This document shows positions 1-10,790 of a stretch of DNA of 64,000 nucleotides, in pieces (positions within the stretch are counted from its first letter, which is position 1; the number at the start of each line of letters is the position of its first letter). The DNA lies in the NCBI RefSeq assembly GCF_037042905.1, contig NC_087252.1, positions 20,772,001-20,836,000 of the forward strand, in the 5' to 3' direction. A program made the position numbers and the translations under genes. The notes under the pieces were generated by a model. That model had not been told where the DNA came from. It saw nothing but the letters and a program-made list of their open reading frames with translations, and made no database searches. This DNA comes from Lytechinus pictus. Lineage: Eukaryota.

Positions 1-684
1 CATTTTATCATTTATTATTATTCATTCATTGAGGGTATGTAGTAGGCCATATCATCTTTATCATTTCGAATGTTTCATTTTTTAAATAAAACCTCTCTTC
101 ACTTCGTCTCCAAACATTCATCGAGTTATTTGGGGGGCACAGAGCAGCGTCGTTTTTCTCCATTTCCTTTCAAAGGGGAGTGGCGAAGTGAGCAACGTGT
201 GTGGTCTCTCATGGATTGTGTGTCATAGATTGCTGAAAATTTTGCCTATTTTTTAGTCATAATATGAACAAAAAATATATATTATAGAGATGTTAAAATG
301 TTATATGCGGAAAGTAACTCTGTAAGATAATTACTTCCGTATAAATGTATTGAGAGTAATATATTAGAATGTTGTAATTTAATTTAAAATGTTTTAAGCG
401 GAAAGTACTTGGTAACATAAGAATTTCGTATAAAATTATGTATTGAGTAATGAATTAGAATGTTATTATTTAAGTGGGACTGTATTACAAGACTACACTG
501 CTAGGAATATTGCATTGTGGGTTAGGAACATGGCCAGATTTGAGTAGTTGAGGACTTGAGGTGGCGCTTTTAAGACTATGCTAGTTCGTTTCTGCTTTAA
601 TGTATACAATATCATTTATCGTCTTTTTAAACAAATCAATTACATAAGATCCCATCGCATTGATTTGTTGAATCTTCCTTACAG

Positions 685-942
685 GCGTCATCATGACATT
701 TTCTCAAGAAAATTCGAAGTTGAAGATATCGCGTATGCTACCAGTCAACAATACCATTCCCGATGATCTCTGCTTCTCCGTAGTCAAGACACAGGACCAA
801 AGGGACAACTGCTCTTTGAGCAATTGCCTGGAACTTGGGAACAAACTTCGGTACATAAATACGTCCATAGAAGATGTTTCAGACTTTAGGCTAGTTAGCA
901 GTGGTCGAGGATTGTGCAGCAGTCCACCATCACGTCCATTTA
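685..942 (+). CDS. Internal exon of a type-I membrane receptor (membrane-proximal Cys-containing ectodomain module); upstream exons lie outside the window
   Basis: Acceptor cttccttacag (ends 684), donor A|gtaagt (943). 258 nt, phase 1-1, open frame GVIMTFSQENSKLKISRMLPVNNTIPDDLCFSVV...CSLSNC...GLCSSPPSRPF. Four Cys and N-glycosylation sequons (NNT, NCS, NTS). Phase-compatible with the exon at 6858. Confidence 0.7.
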
Positions 943-1439
943 GTAAGTATACTCGCTCAACGCAAGGGGCTTGCCCAAATCTTGCAATTTCTTATTGCCT
1001 CTACAGTTCCCTGTGACATAAACATAATATGTATGTACAGGTAAGGTAGCCTGAAGAATTCACAGAATGGAACATGTTCAGATGTGCAGCTTTTACTTTG
1101 TATATATCTATTCATGTCACGCCCACAATCCAAATCAGAATCTGGATCTGTTTGGGGTTTTTACCGTGTGAAAATAAAATTGATTTATCTATCTCTTTGT
1201 CTAACTAACTATCTAACTTTAGTCTGAAAATTATACTGATTTGTTTTGCATTTGGCTTATGAATTAATTGGTTCCCAAGAAAATCAAGAATATTGTAACA
1301 TAATGTGTATGCTATAATAAGATCACTAAAATTATGACAAAGAATATGAATGAAAGTACAGTGTTTATCGGTGATTGAGCAGTGAATTCGAGTATACATA
1401 TCTGTATTTTTTTCGATCTGCTTTATCATTTAGTCTTGT

Positions 1440-1820
1440 TGTCGTTGCCGTCAATGTCATCATCATCAACTTCAACAACAACACCACTCTCGCCATTATC
1501 GTCATCATCATCATCACCATCCTTGTATCATTAGAAACATCATCATCATTATTAACAACATTTATGTCATTTCAATGATATCTGCTGCAGTTGCAGAAGC
1601 TTAATCATCGTCATATCATTAACATCATTGTTTTTATCATGTCCTTTTTGTTAAACACCACCCTCGTCATCATAATCATTATCGTTATCACCATTGTGCA
1701 CCTACATCACCAATGTTTTCATCAACATCGTCATCACCAATGCCATCATCATCATCATCATCACCAATGCCATTAATGTCATTCACTCATGTGAATTCAT
1801 CGTTGTCATCGTCATTTTCT
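1440..1820. repeat. Degenerate (CAT)n trinucleotide microsatellite
   Basis: Runs of catcatcat/caccat/cgtcat. Confidence 0.8.
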
Positions 1821-3979
1821 ATTTTTAGTCAAATAGTAGGGGAATAGATTGCATGACTCCTTTTTCCCCCACCATGATTCAATCGGCTTTTATTATCCAT
1901 GCCTGTATCTCGCCGCCTGCAGAATTGACAAGTCAGTCTACAATTGTTTAGGTCCTGTGTCTATACCATGTATTATGATATTGTCGCGGTTTCGATCATA
2001 GCTTAATTGCCCATCAAAACAAAATAAATTATACTGTTTCCTATTCGTGACTTAAAAAAAAAATTAATTACGATGCTCCATTCACATTCTATTAACTCCA
2101 TGCCACTTTTGATGAATAATGTTGTAAGGAAATAACACTTATACAATTGTATTAGAATAATCAGTTACCACAACACAAACATACAATTTGATTTTAATGA
2201 AAATTTTAAGTACTGTGAATTATTTGTAGGGATCATTAAGTAGTTGTGCTTTTGAAAATGGTCTATTTAGCAGAAGTAGTTTCATGCTCTTTTGGAAGAA
2301 GGGTGGTTATAAATGCTTATTTAATCATAAATACTGTCGCAGCTGCCAAGACGATATCATAAAGACTCAGTTTTGCCTCACGCTTAAATCTTTAGAATAT
2401 ATTCATGTTTATTTAAGTATATCTAGTATTTGATTAAATGATTCCTAGTTTCATGACAATATCAACGATTATTTATATTGGCATAAGATAGCATAAACAG
2501 AAGGAGCACCAAAGAGCGGTGGGGGGGGGAGCAACTATGGCACCACTTCCCCCCCCCCCCTCCCCTTCACGCGCGATGTAAATTGAAGAAGAAGAAAACC
2601 AGGGTCCCGTAACACAAAGCTTAACAATGATCGTAGAACATTTTTCTACAATTGATTCCATTGGCTACAATGCAGGGGCCGCGGGGGGGGGGGGGGGCTG
2701 GGGGCTTCAGCCCCCCACTTTTTTCCAAAACCGTGTACAAAAACGTAAAAATTACCATATGATTGCGATTTTTTACATGACCAGCCCCATACGATTAATC
2801 GCTGACCTTTGTGTTACGGGATTCAGGGCTCCGTAACACAAAGCTTTGCGATGAATTGCAAATATGAAAGAACCGCACTGATTGGTCCCTTGTCAGTATT
2901 TAAAACCTAATGCACGTGTAACATTGATATTGATTGGTCAGTTCATTTAGCGATTGATCGCTGATCTTTGTGTTACAGAGCCCAGGAAAAGTAAGAAAAA
3001 CGTAAAAGAAAACGGAGATAAGGGGAAACAAATGAAAAGTGATTTGCCTATAAATGCATCAAAGGCCTACCCTTTTTTTACTTTTTTTTTTCATCTTCAT
3101 GACACATTGCTCACCCCACTCTCTTCAAAATACTACGGGGCGCGGCTGGTCATAGCATAATGTCATAACCTTCTCAATTTTCAGTAGCGTGCAGTCTGCC
3201 AAAAAAAATGACACATAACTTTCAATTATACGTCATATTTGACAGATAATACATCGTTTTAAAGACAAAAACGTTCATATGTGACGGCCACGGTGAAGAA
3301 ACATTACCGATAATCATGAGAATATTTGGAACAAGGAAACAGAAGAAGATGGCCAGTGTTTAAGCATAAATATATAGGCTTACAGGAAGGATAGTAAACC
3401 TATGTTTTTATATGGATGGAAAGTGAGCCAAACCGGAAAGGGTGTTTAAAATGATTATTTTCATTTGTGATGCAGATAGTTTGTTGCTTTCCTTACACAA
3501 GAAGGCTGTTGTACTGTGAGTGTTTGCTCTGAGGGATTAGGTTTATATCAAAGGGGGGGTCACCCTGACCGAAAAGTTTGATGTAAAAATAGCAGAAAAG
3601 ATAATAAAATGCACTGGTGAAGGTTCGACTAAATCCACTAAAGATAAACGAAGTTATTAGAATTTTAGTTTTTTTATATGTGACATCATATACGAGCAGT
3701 TTCCCATATATGCTATGTAATATAGAATCCATAAATTTCAATATTTCAGTGGCTCGTGATGATTTTTTTTTTTTTACTTTTATTCGCCGATCTTTTTTTA
3801 TATTTATTTTTTGTTATTTTTACAATAAACTTTTTTGTCTGGGAGACCTTTCCCTTTGATTCATTTACTAAGAATTAATTCTTTCTGCATCTCTAAAAAT
3901 AAGCAGTTTAATTCACTGACTCTGTTCTCACACCCCTTTCCCCCTCCCCCGAACAATCTTGTTTATCTCGGTTACTAGT

Positions 3980-5582
3980 ACTCGAAAGAACACAGTGTCA
4001 CAAAGTGTGTTCACACTGTGGCCTCACAATGTGAGGACGTGTGGTTCACGCTGTTTAAATGCTCAAATTTGGCAGTATGAAGATTATACAGCGAAATGGA
4101 CACCTCAAGATGTGTTTACAGGGTGTTCACACATAGTGTGGACTCTAAATATGTTATTTACACTGTGAACACATATATAGTGTGAGTGTCCACATAATGT
4201 GGACTCTGCGACGATGATATCCACACTGTGCACAACTCTCCAGAGTGTCTAATCACTGTGGCCCGTATTCTGAACTCGGGTTTAAATTAAACCCTGGTTT
4301 AAAGTTGTGGTTTAACTATGGAGAGCCAAGTGGGGCACAAATCTCTAACTTACACATCCAATTTATTGACTCATATGACACCCTAATTGTCCATAATTGT
4401 CTGAGAATGATAAATTAAGTATTTTGGAGTATTTTTCTTCATTATGAAAGCATAAGAAATAAACATTAGAAACAGATTTTTTTTTTTTTGGTTCCCCATA
4501 ATTTTAGCACAGAATTAGACCGTTGTCTAAGTTAAACCTGACTTTAGAATACGGACCTGTGTGTACACATATATTTAACTCTGTGAAGATGTGATTCACA
4601 CTGTTGACTCCTCTATTGTTAGTGTTTACAGTGTGTTCACATAGTGTGAACTCTACGAAAATGATATTCACACTGTGGACACCTCTACATTGTTAGTGTT
4701 CACAGTTTGTTCACACATAGTGTGGACTCTGTAAAGATGTGTTTCACACTGTACACAACTCTACATTGTTAGTGTTTGCAGTGTGTACTCTTAGTGTGGA
4801 CTCTATGAAAATGATATTCACACTGTGGAAACCTCTACATTGTTAGTGTTCACAGTTTGTTCATACATAGTGTGGACTCTGTGAAGATGTGTATTACACT
4901 GTACACAACTCTACATTGTTAGTGTTTGCAGTTTGTACTCTTAGTGTGGACTCTGTGAAGGTGTAATTTACACTGTGGACACCTCTACAGTGTTAGTGTT
5001 CACAGTTTGTTCACGCATAGTGTGGACTCTGTGAAGATGTGTTTCACACTGTACACAACTCTACATTGTTAGTGTTTGCAGTGTGTACACATAGTGTGGA
5101 CTCTGTGAAGATGTGTTTCACACTGTGGACAACTCTACAGTGTAAGTGTTCACAGTTTGTTCACACATAGTGTGGACTATGTGTAGATGTGTTTCACACT
5201 GTACACAACTCTACATTGTTAGTGTTCACAGTGTGTTCATAGTGTGAACTCTTTGAAAATGATATTCACACTGTGGACACCTCTACAGTGTTAGTGTTCA
5301 CAGTTTGTATACACATAGTGCGGACTCTGTGAAAATGTGATTTACAGTGTGCACAACTAAACAGTGTTAGGTGTTACAATGTTACAATGTAGACCAATAG
5401 TGTTGTGTCTGCGAAGATGTGATTTACACTGTGGACACCTCTAAAGTGTGAGTTATCACAGTGTGTTCACGTAGTGCGTTCTGCAGTGCGGATGTAATTC
5501 ATGAATGCTCAAACAGAACGAGGCGAAGGGGATATCACTTTGTGCTCCACACTGTGGACATAGTGTGATCTTTCCACCATGT
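3980..5582. repeat. TIR-type non-autonomous element with an internal ~75-bp tandem array (~150-bp dimeric higher order)
   Basis: Recurring cacactgt(gg/ac)ac..ctctac..tgttagtgtt..cagt.tgt..ac.atagtgtggactctgtgaagatg at ~75-bp spacing (about 4600-5460). Left end gaaagaacacagtgt and right end atagtgtgatctttcc are roughly inverted. A related copy lies at ~22148-22941. Confidence 0.7.
4260..4557. mobile_element. MITE (PIF/Harbinger-like) nested in the 75-bp array element
   Basis: TIRs ggcccgtattct / agaatacggacc, flanked on both sides by tgt (3-bp TSD). Confidence 0.7.
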
Positions 5583-6080
5583 TAGTCATCTTCTTTCTGC
5601 CCCCCCCCCCTCTCTCTCACTCTCTCTCTCTCTCTCCCTCTCCCTCTTTCACATGCACCCTTAATTTCTCTCACATAATTCACCACCCCTCGAATTATGT
5701 TTCCTCTTTGTCAGAGGTAATATTTATTCTCTTTAAGTAACAACAATTGCATCCTTTAAGTTTATGAAGAAAAAAAATGTATGTATGTCGATTACTCCAC
5801 TCTAGTGCTCGATATCACAAACTCAATCTCTTTCGATAAGAAATGGGTCCAAGTAAAAAAAAAAAAGTCCAAAACGCATTGTTCTGCTTTAACAAAAATT
5901 AAAATGTTACCTATGATAGTCTACGAAATTTAGAACTCTGTAATAGACAATTAAAAATTACTCTGCATTACCCTCCTCCCTTACAATGGATTGGGGGGGC
6001 TATCAGACGATGATGATGATGATGATGATGCACAGCATTTGTATTATTATAGCGCCATATATCTGTCAAAGACATTCAAA

Positions 6081-6245
6081 CATAGGCGGCGAAAGCGGGG
6101 GGGACGGGGGGGACAGGTCCCCCTCTAAGTTTGTTGATAACCTTTTTTTTTTTTTTTTTTGCTTGTCAAATTTTTTTACCTGTGTCCATCACAACATTTC
6201 AGGTGGACCCCCCCCCCCTAAATTGTTTGCCTTCCGCCGCCAATG
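6081..6245. mobile_element. hAT-type MITE
   Basis: TIRs cataggcggcg / cgccgccaatg. Perfect 8-bp TSD cattcaaa (6073-6080, 6246-6253). Same family as 24178-24394. Confidence 0.85.
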
Positions 6246-6857
6246 CATTCAAAGGCGCAGTTTTGGAGGAGCTAGCCAATCTGGGTCGCCTAAAAGGGCG
6301 CGCACACAAACTGTGACCCGCAGGTCTCTCCTCCAACATATCTTTATATGATTGTTTATTTTTTTAAGTTGAACTCGATTCGTTGTTTAGTCAACTCCTT
6401 TATGACCGAAAGTACTTTTCAACTATGCTGACATGCTCTTCGCAGATATAGAAAATTCAACAAAATATTTCTTATCTCCAATTTTATTCTGATTACGTTC
6501 TTTTTTCATGATTGATCTTGTAAAAAGAATATAAAACCGAATTTCTAGTCTAATCGCAACCCGGTGTCGTGATATTTACATCATAATTATCTCCGAGAGT
6601 CTCTTTCGTTCGAAGTTATACAAATTTAATGAAAGTCTTAAAAATAAAAAAGAATTATGAGCGTTCCAGTCATTCAAATTCATTTTTAAATGAACTGTGT
6701 GTCATGATATATGGTATACCTCTCATTATGCTTGCCAATTTTTCTAAGTTACAGTAAAAGGCAGAACAAAATTTTATTTGGATAAATAATTTTCTCAAAC
6801 TCAAATTCATTTTCTTTTTCATATTCATTTTGTTTTTCACTTATGATATTCACCTAG

Positions 6858-7013
6858 TTCTGAACTCAACCGAAGGTGTACTCAATATGCTTCCAATGTT
6901 CACCCTGCTTGGGACTGTTGCCGGGTCGGCCATCTTTCTGTTCGTCTCCGTGGCCGCCTTCATCTTTCTCATTAACTGCATCTGGACAGGTGTAGGTTGT
7001 CTGCGAATGAAAG
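6858..7013 (+). CDS. Transmembrane exon of the same receptor
   Basis: Long pyrimidine tract and cacctag acceptor, donor G|gtaaat. 156 nt, phase 1-1. Encodes hydrophobic LLGTVAGSAIFLFVSVAAFIFLINCIW followed by basic RMK. Confidence 0.8.
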
Positions 7014-7019
7014 GTAAAT

Positions 7020-7673
7020 CATTTGAACCGGTGCGGAGCCAGAGCACAGGACCTTTTACAGCAAATGCATACCTAGTTTTCAATAACGCATGTTGCGTTT
7101 ACATTTATTTGAACGAAGGATAAAAGAGCACTGTCGATTAAACACCATGATCAAGGGCGTATAGGTGCGGAGGTGCCTTGGCCGGGAATCGAACCCCGGA
7201 CTTTCAAATGTCTAGTCAGCTCGGCGCCTTAAGGCCACCGCACACCTTACGACTGTTCGCGATCCGATTTTGGAACAAATCGCATTTTGCTCATTTTCTG
7301 AAAATGTGAATGGGACATATCATTTTATTTGAGGTTAAAATTCATTGAAAGAATACTAATATAACCATTTTGAAAGATTGCAAGCTTTTATTTTGGAGTT
7401 AAGGCCAAATTAGTTTCAAATCGTAGCCAATCGTACGACTGCTATGACGTCATTACGACTAGATATTGAATTCGCTTTTATTCTAAGAAGGATGATAGCA
7501 TAGTCACAGATTTGAACATAGGTATTTGTAGGATGATTTAGAACATTACACAGTAAGATATTCCAAGTCTCAATATTAGCATCAAATTCTACTACATTTT
7601 ATTCTGAAATCGGGTCGCAGACCAATCGTAAGGTGTGCGGTCGCCTTTAGACCACTCAGCCACGGCACCTCCA
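7020..7673 (-). mobile_element. tRNA-derived SINE interrupted by a MITE
   Basis: Removing 7232-7649 restores, on the - strand, ggaggtgccgTGGCTGAGTGGtctaaggcgcc...gGGTTCGATTCCcggcc (Pol III A and B boxes), followed by a non-tRNA body. The 3' boundary is approximate. Confidence 0.75.
7232..7646. mobile_element. PIF/Harbinger-type MITE
   Basis: TIRs aggccaccgcacaccttacga / tcgtaaggtgtgcggtcgcct. TTA TSD on both sides (7229-7231, 7647-7649). Confidence 0.85.
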
Positions 7674-8424
7674 CACACAATACACACCCTATTGAGCGGC
7701 AAAACAGGGCTTGAATATTAATCCAAGGTCATCCACGGCATTGGATGCCCTATCAAAAAGCTTAAATGCCCCTATTATTGATTATTGGCCTTCGGTATTT
7801 TCATTTTTTTGCGGGGGTTGATATTAATATTGTTGTTTACCATTTGTGCAGGACTGTAAAAAAAGTCATAAAAAATGTTGGAATTTATAGACTATAATTG
7901 TTGTGTAGCGCATTCATGTAATGGTGATTATGGAATGATGATTTTACACTCACCCCCCCCCCCCTTCTCCACTCTCTCTCTCTCTCTCTCTCTCTCCATC
8001 ACTCGCTTGTTTCCTTGTTGAAAATTCATAAGAAATCAATATACATTCCCTTTATTCTTAGCCACTCCCAACCTTAATCTATTAAATCCTGTACCCCCTC
8101 CTGTTTGTAATTTAATATCTCTGTCAACCCCCCCCCCCCCCGGAGTTATGATTTTGTTTCCTGCCTGTAAAATTTGTTTCATTTTTTTTACAGAAGTATA
8201 ATATTGAAACCGAATATATATCATGGTTCAATTTTTGAACAGACATTTTCATGAAAAAAGGAAAGCAAGGTGTAGAAAGAAAATGCACTATTCTGCTTGA
8301 GATGCGTGAAATACAAATAAAATGAATAACTTTTAGAAGTTTCTATTCCTGTCCCATGACATCCATCTTAGTTGCACCTTGTATAATTTGAATGTTTTTT
8401 TTTTCTTTTAATTTCCTGTTTTAG

Positions 8425-8483
8425 ATGACTCGAAAGATGAGGAAACATTGGTGCGCGTTATCAAAAAAGACAACTCGCGAAAG
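8425..8483 (+). CDS. Short juxtamembrane cytoplasmic exon of the same receptor
   Basis: Acceptor tttcctgttttag, donor AAG|gtataa. 59 nt, phase 1-0. Gives DDSKDEETLVRVIKKDNSRK and bridges the phase-1 TM exon to the phase-0 terminal exon. Confidence 0.75.
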
Positions 8484-9145
8484 GTATAAAATAGAATTCT
8501 TTCCGATCAATTAATTACTATTATACTACGTTACCATCTTTATGCAACAAATAAAGGACACGTCTTCAAAACGAAGTTGTGGGTGATTCACAATAAAATC
8601 AAATAGCAATTTATATAACATATTATATATACATATGTATGTAGATACTGTCAGATCTGACAACTTTCTCTGATTCTGATTCGCTGAGGAGTGCATATTC
8701 TATGGTAACTGTCGGACATAACGTAAGCCTGATTTGTCGGATAAAATGTCCGACAGGTACTATATTCATGAAACGCTCTTCAAGTCCTGCTTTGACTATG
8801 GAGAACACTGTCAGAAGTTACGTACAACCAACCGGTCTTAGCAGTGGGCAAGTTACTGATGAAAGCAATTAGTATTGAGCTCCACTTTTCACTATTCCGG
8901 GGGCAACACGACATCAAAGACTATTAGGGGGTTTTAAAGGTGGGTGCGAAAAAAGGTTTGAAATATAGATGTACTATCCCTCACTTTTTTGTGATGAAAT
9001 TTTCGGGCTATCGCGAAATGCATGGGTGGGAGGGTGTGTGCGTTTAGGTGGCAAAGCTGTTAATAGTCCCCTACTTAAAGCATTACACTCTATATTTGCG
9101 TGTGAAGACCATGCATATTGATGTTGATCTTCATCTTTTTTATAG

Positions 9146-9673
9146 GTGGATAAGGACGGACTTGTGTATGTGCAAGTAGCGCATGCAAACGCCCATCCCA
9201 CTGATGCTCCGCCCATAAGGACGGAAGAACCTACGGTATACGCCTCATTGGACAGGGACGCCATGAGCAGCATGCGCAAGAAGGATGCCGATGGATTGGT
9301 CTACGTTGAAGTTTCACATGACCACGCCCATCCGGATGGAGCACCGCCCACTCAGACAGAAACGCCGACAGTGTACGCAAATCTCGATATGGAAGCCATG
9401 GAAAAACTTAAGAAGGATAAGAAGGAGAAAGAAGAAGAGGAAGGATTCAAAGCTGATGAAGATAATGCCAAAGTAGATAAGAATGAAGGAGCTGAGAAAG
9501 ACGATGTGAATCAAGATGATGGCACTAAAGAAAAAAAAGAACTTGAGAAAGAGGAAGATATAAAGTCTTCTGAGGTCAGTATCCAACCGGTTAAAACGCA
9601 ACCAAACTATGAAAATATCGATTTAACAGACTTTGGTAATGGACTTGGCATTCCCATGGAGACGAAGCTTTAA
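9146..9673 (+). CDS. Terminal coding exon of the receptor: tail with duplicated ITIM/ITSM-like motifs, acidic region, YENI and C-terminal ETKL
   Basis: Acceptor ctttttatag directly before 9146. 175-codon open frame ending TAA. Motifs LVYVQV, TVYASL, LVYVEV, TVYANL, NYENI, -ETKL. Confidence 0.85.
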   Translation: MDKDGLVYVQVAHANAHPTDAPPIRTEEPTVYASLDRDAMSSMRKKDADGLVYVEVSHDHAHPDGAPPTQTETPTVYANLDMEAMEKLKKDKKEKEEEEGFKADEDNAKVDKNEGAEKDDVNQDDGTKEKKELEKEEDIKSSEVSIQPVKTQPNYENIDLTDFGNGLGIPMETKL

Positions 9674-10619
9674 TTCAGAATTCCTTCAAGCTGTCATCCG
9701 CAAGGGGTAATTTGGCATTTACAGAACTGCAAGACCACTGCAAATAATACCAATTCCACAAGCATGACAAAAATAACAAGGAAACACAAAACAAACAGCA
9801 GAAACAACGAGAATCACACTTACTCTGTAACTTAGCTATTACTTAGAAATTGTTCCAAATGGAATAGGCTTTTTACTTACGGGACATTCGCATACCATCG
9901 GACTGAACGACGCGCATCAATGGTTCAACACCACATCGCCAACGCGGATTGGCGTGACAATGAAACAGCTAACCGCGAAAGGTGGTGCAGTCCAAATATT
10001 CTTCCAATACTAGGTGCTATCTTATTTTTGCCTCTATTCTGCAATCAACTTAAGTGCCATCAGGTAGCTTCCTGAGCCTAGTAGGCTTATCATTGATTCT
10101 TTTTAGGCAACGCATGGCGCGATCACATCAGAAATGAAAATCTTACTGGCAGATATAATAATAGCTGTTGTTTTTCATTACAAAACACGGACTATCTTAT
10201 ATGCTTGATTTTAGTACCACGGCTCAAACACTTCTACTGTGATAGTGTCGAGGTAATAATCCAGGGGACTCGAAGTGAATTTGTTGGGGGAAACTTCGGA
10301 AGAGGTACTGGAACTAACGGGATGTTCAAGGAATTCCGGAAGCGCTTCGCCGATTTTTTTTTCGGCGTCAGGGTGTGTTTAAAGCTTAATTTGAGATACT
10401 ATTCAGTGGCACTGAAAGACAGGACTGAGCTGAAGGATCACTTGTCATGCTAGTCCTGTTTTTAAGCCTATGATTCCTTGTTAAGGACGTACAACCATGG
10501 TTTTATGTAAGAAACCTTTAATTGGGCAAACTGAATGTTCCCTTTTAGGAGTAAATTTATTGAACATTATAGCCCAAGTTAAAAAAATTCTTACGTTTGC
10601 CAGCACATTCACATTGAGC

Positions 10620-10790
10620 TGGGGGCCGCGGTTTCAACAAGCTGTTCGTAAGTTAAGAGCGACTTTAAGAACGGCTTGCGAACCTTTCTTAGGCGCTAAA
10701 CCAACGCCAATGGTGTACACATTTTACCATAAGAAAGGATCGCCATTCGTTCTTAAAGTCGCTTTTAACTTACGAACAGCTTTATGAAAC
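10620..10790. mobile_element. Short palindromic MITE
   Basis: gctgttcgtaagttaagagcgactttaagaacg is inverted as cgttcttaaagtcgcttttaacttacgaacagc. Confidence 0.7.

Noticed and set aside
1375..1776. Ile-rich and His-rich ORFs
   Set aside because: They are translations of a degenerate (CAT)n repeat inside the receptor intron.
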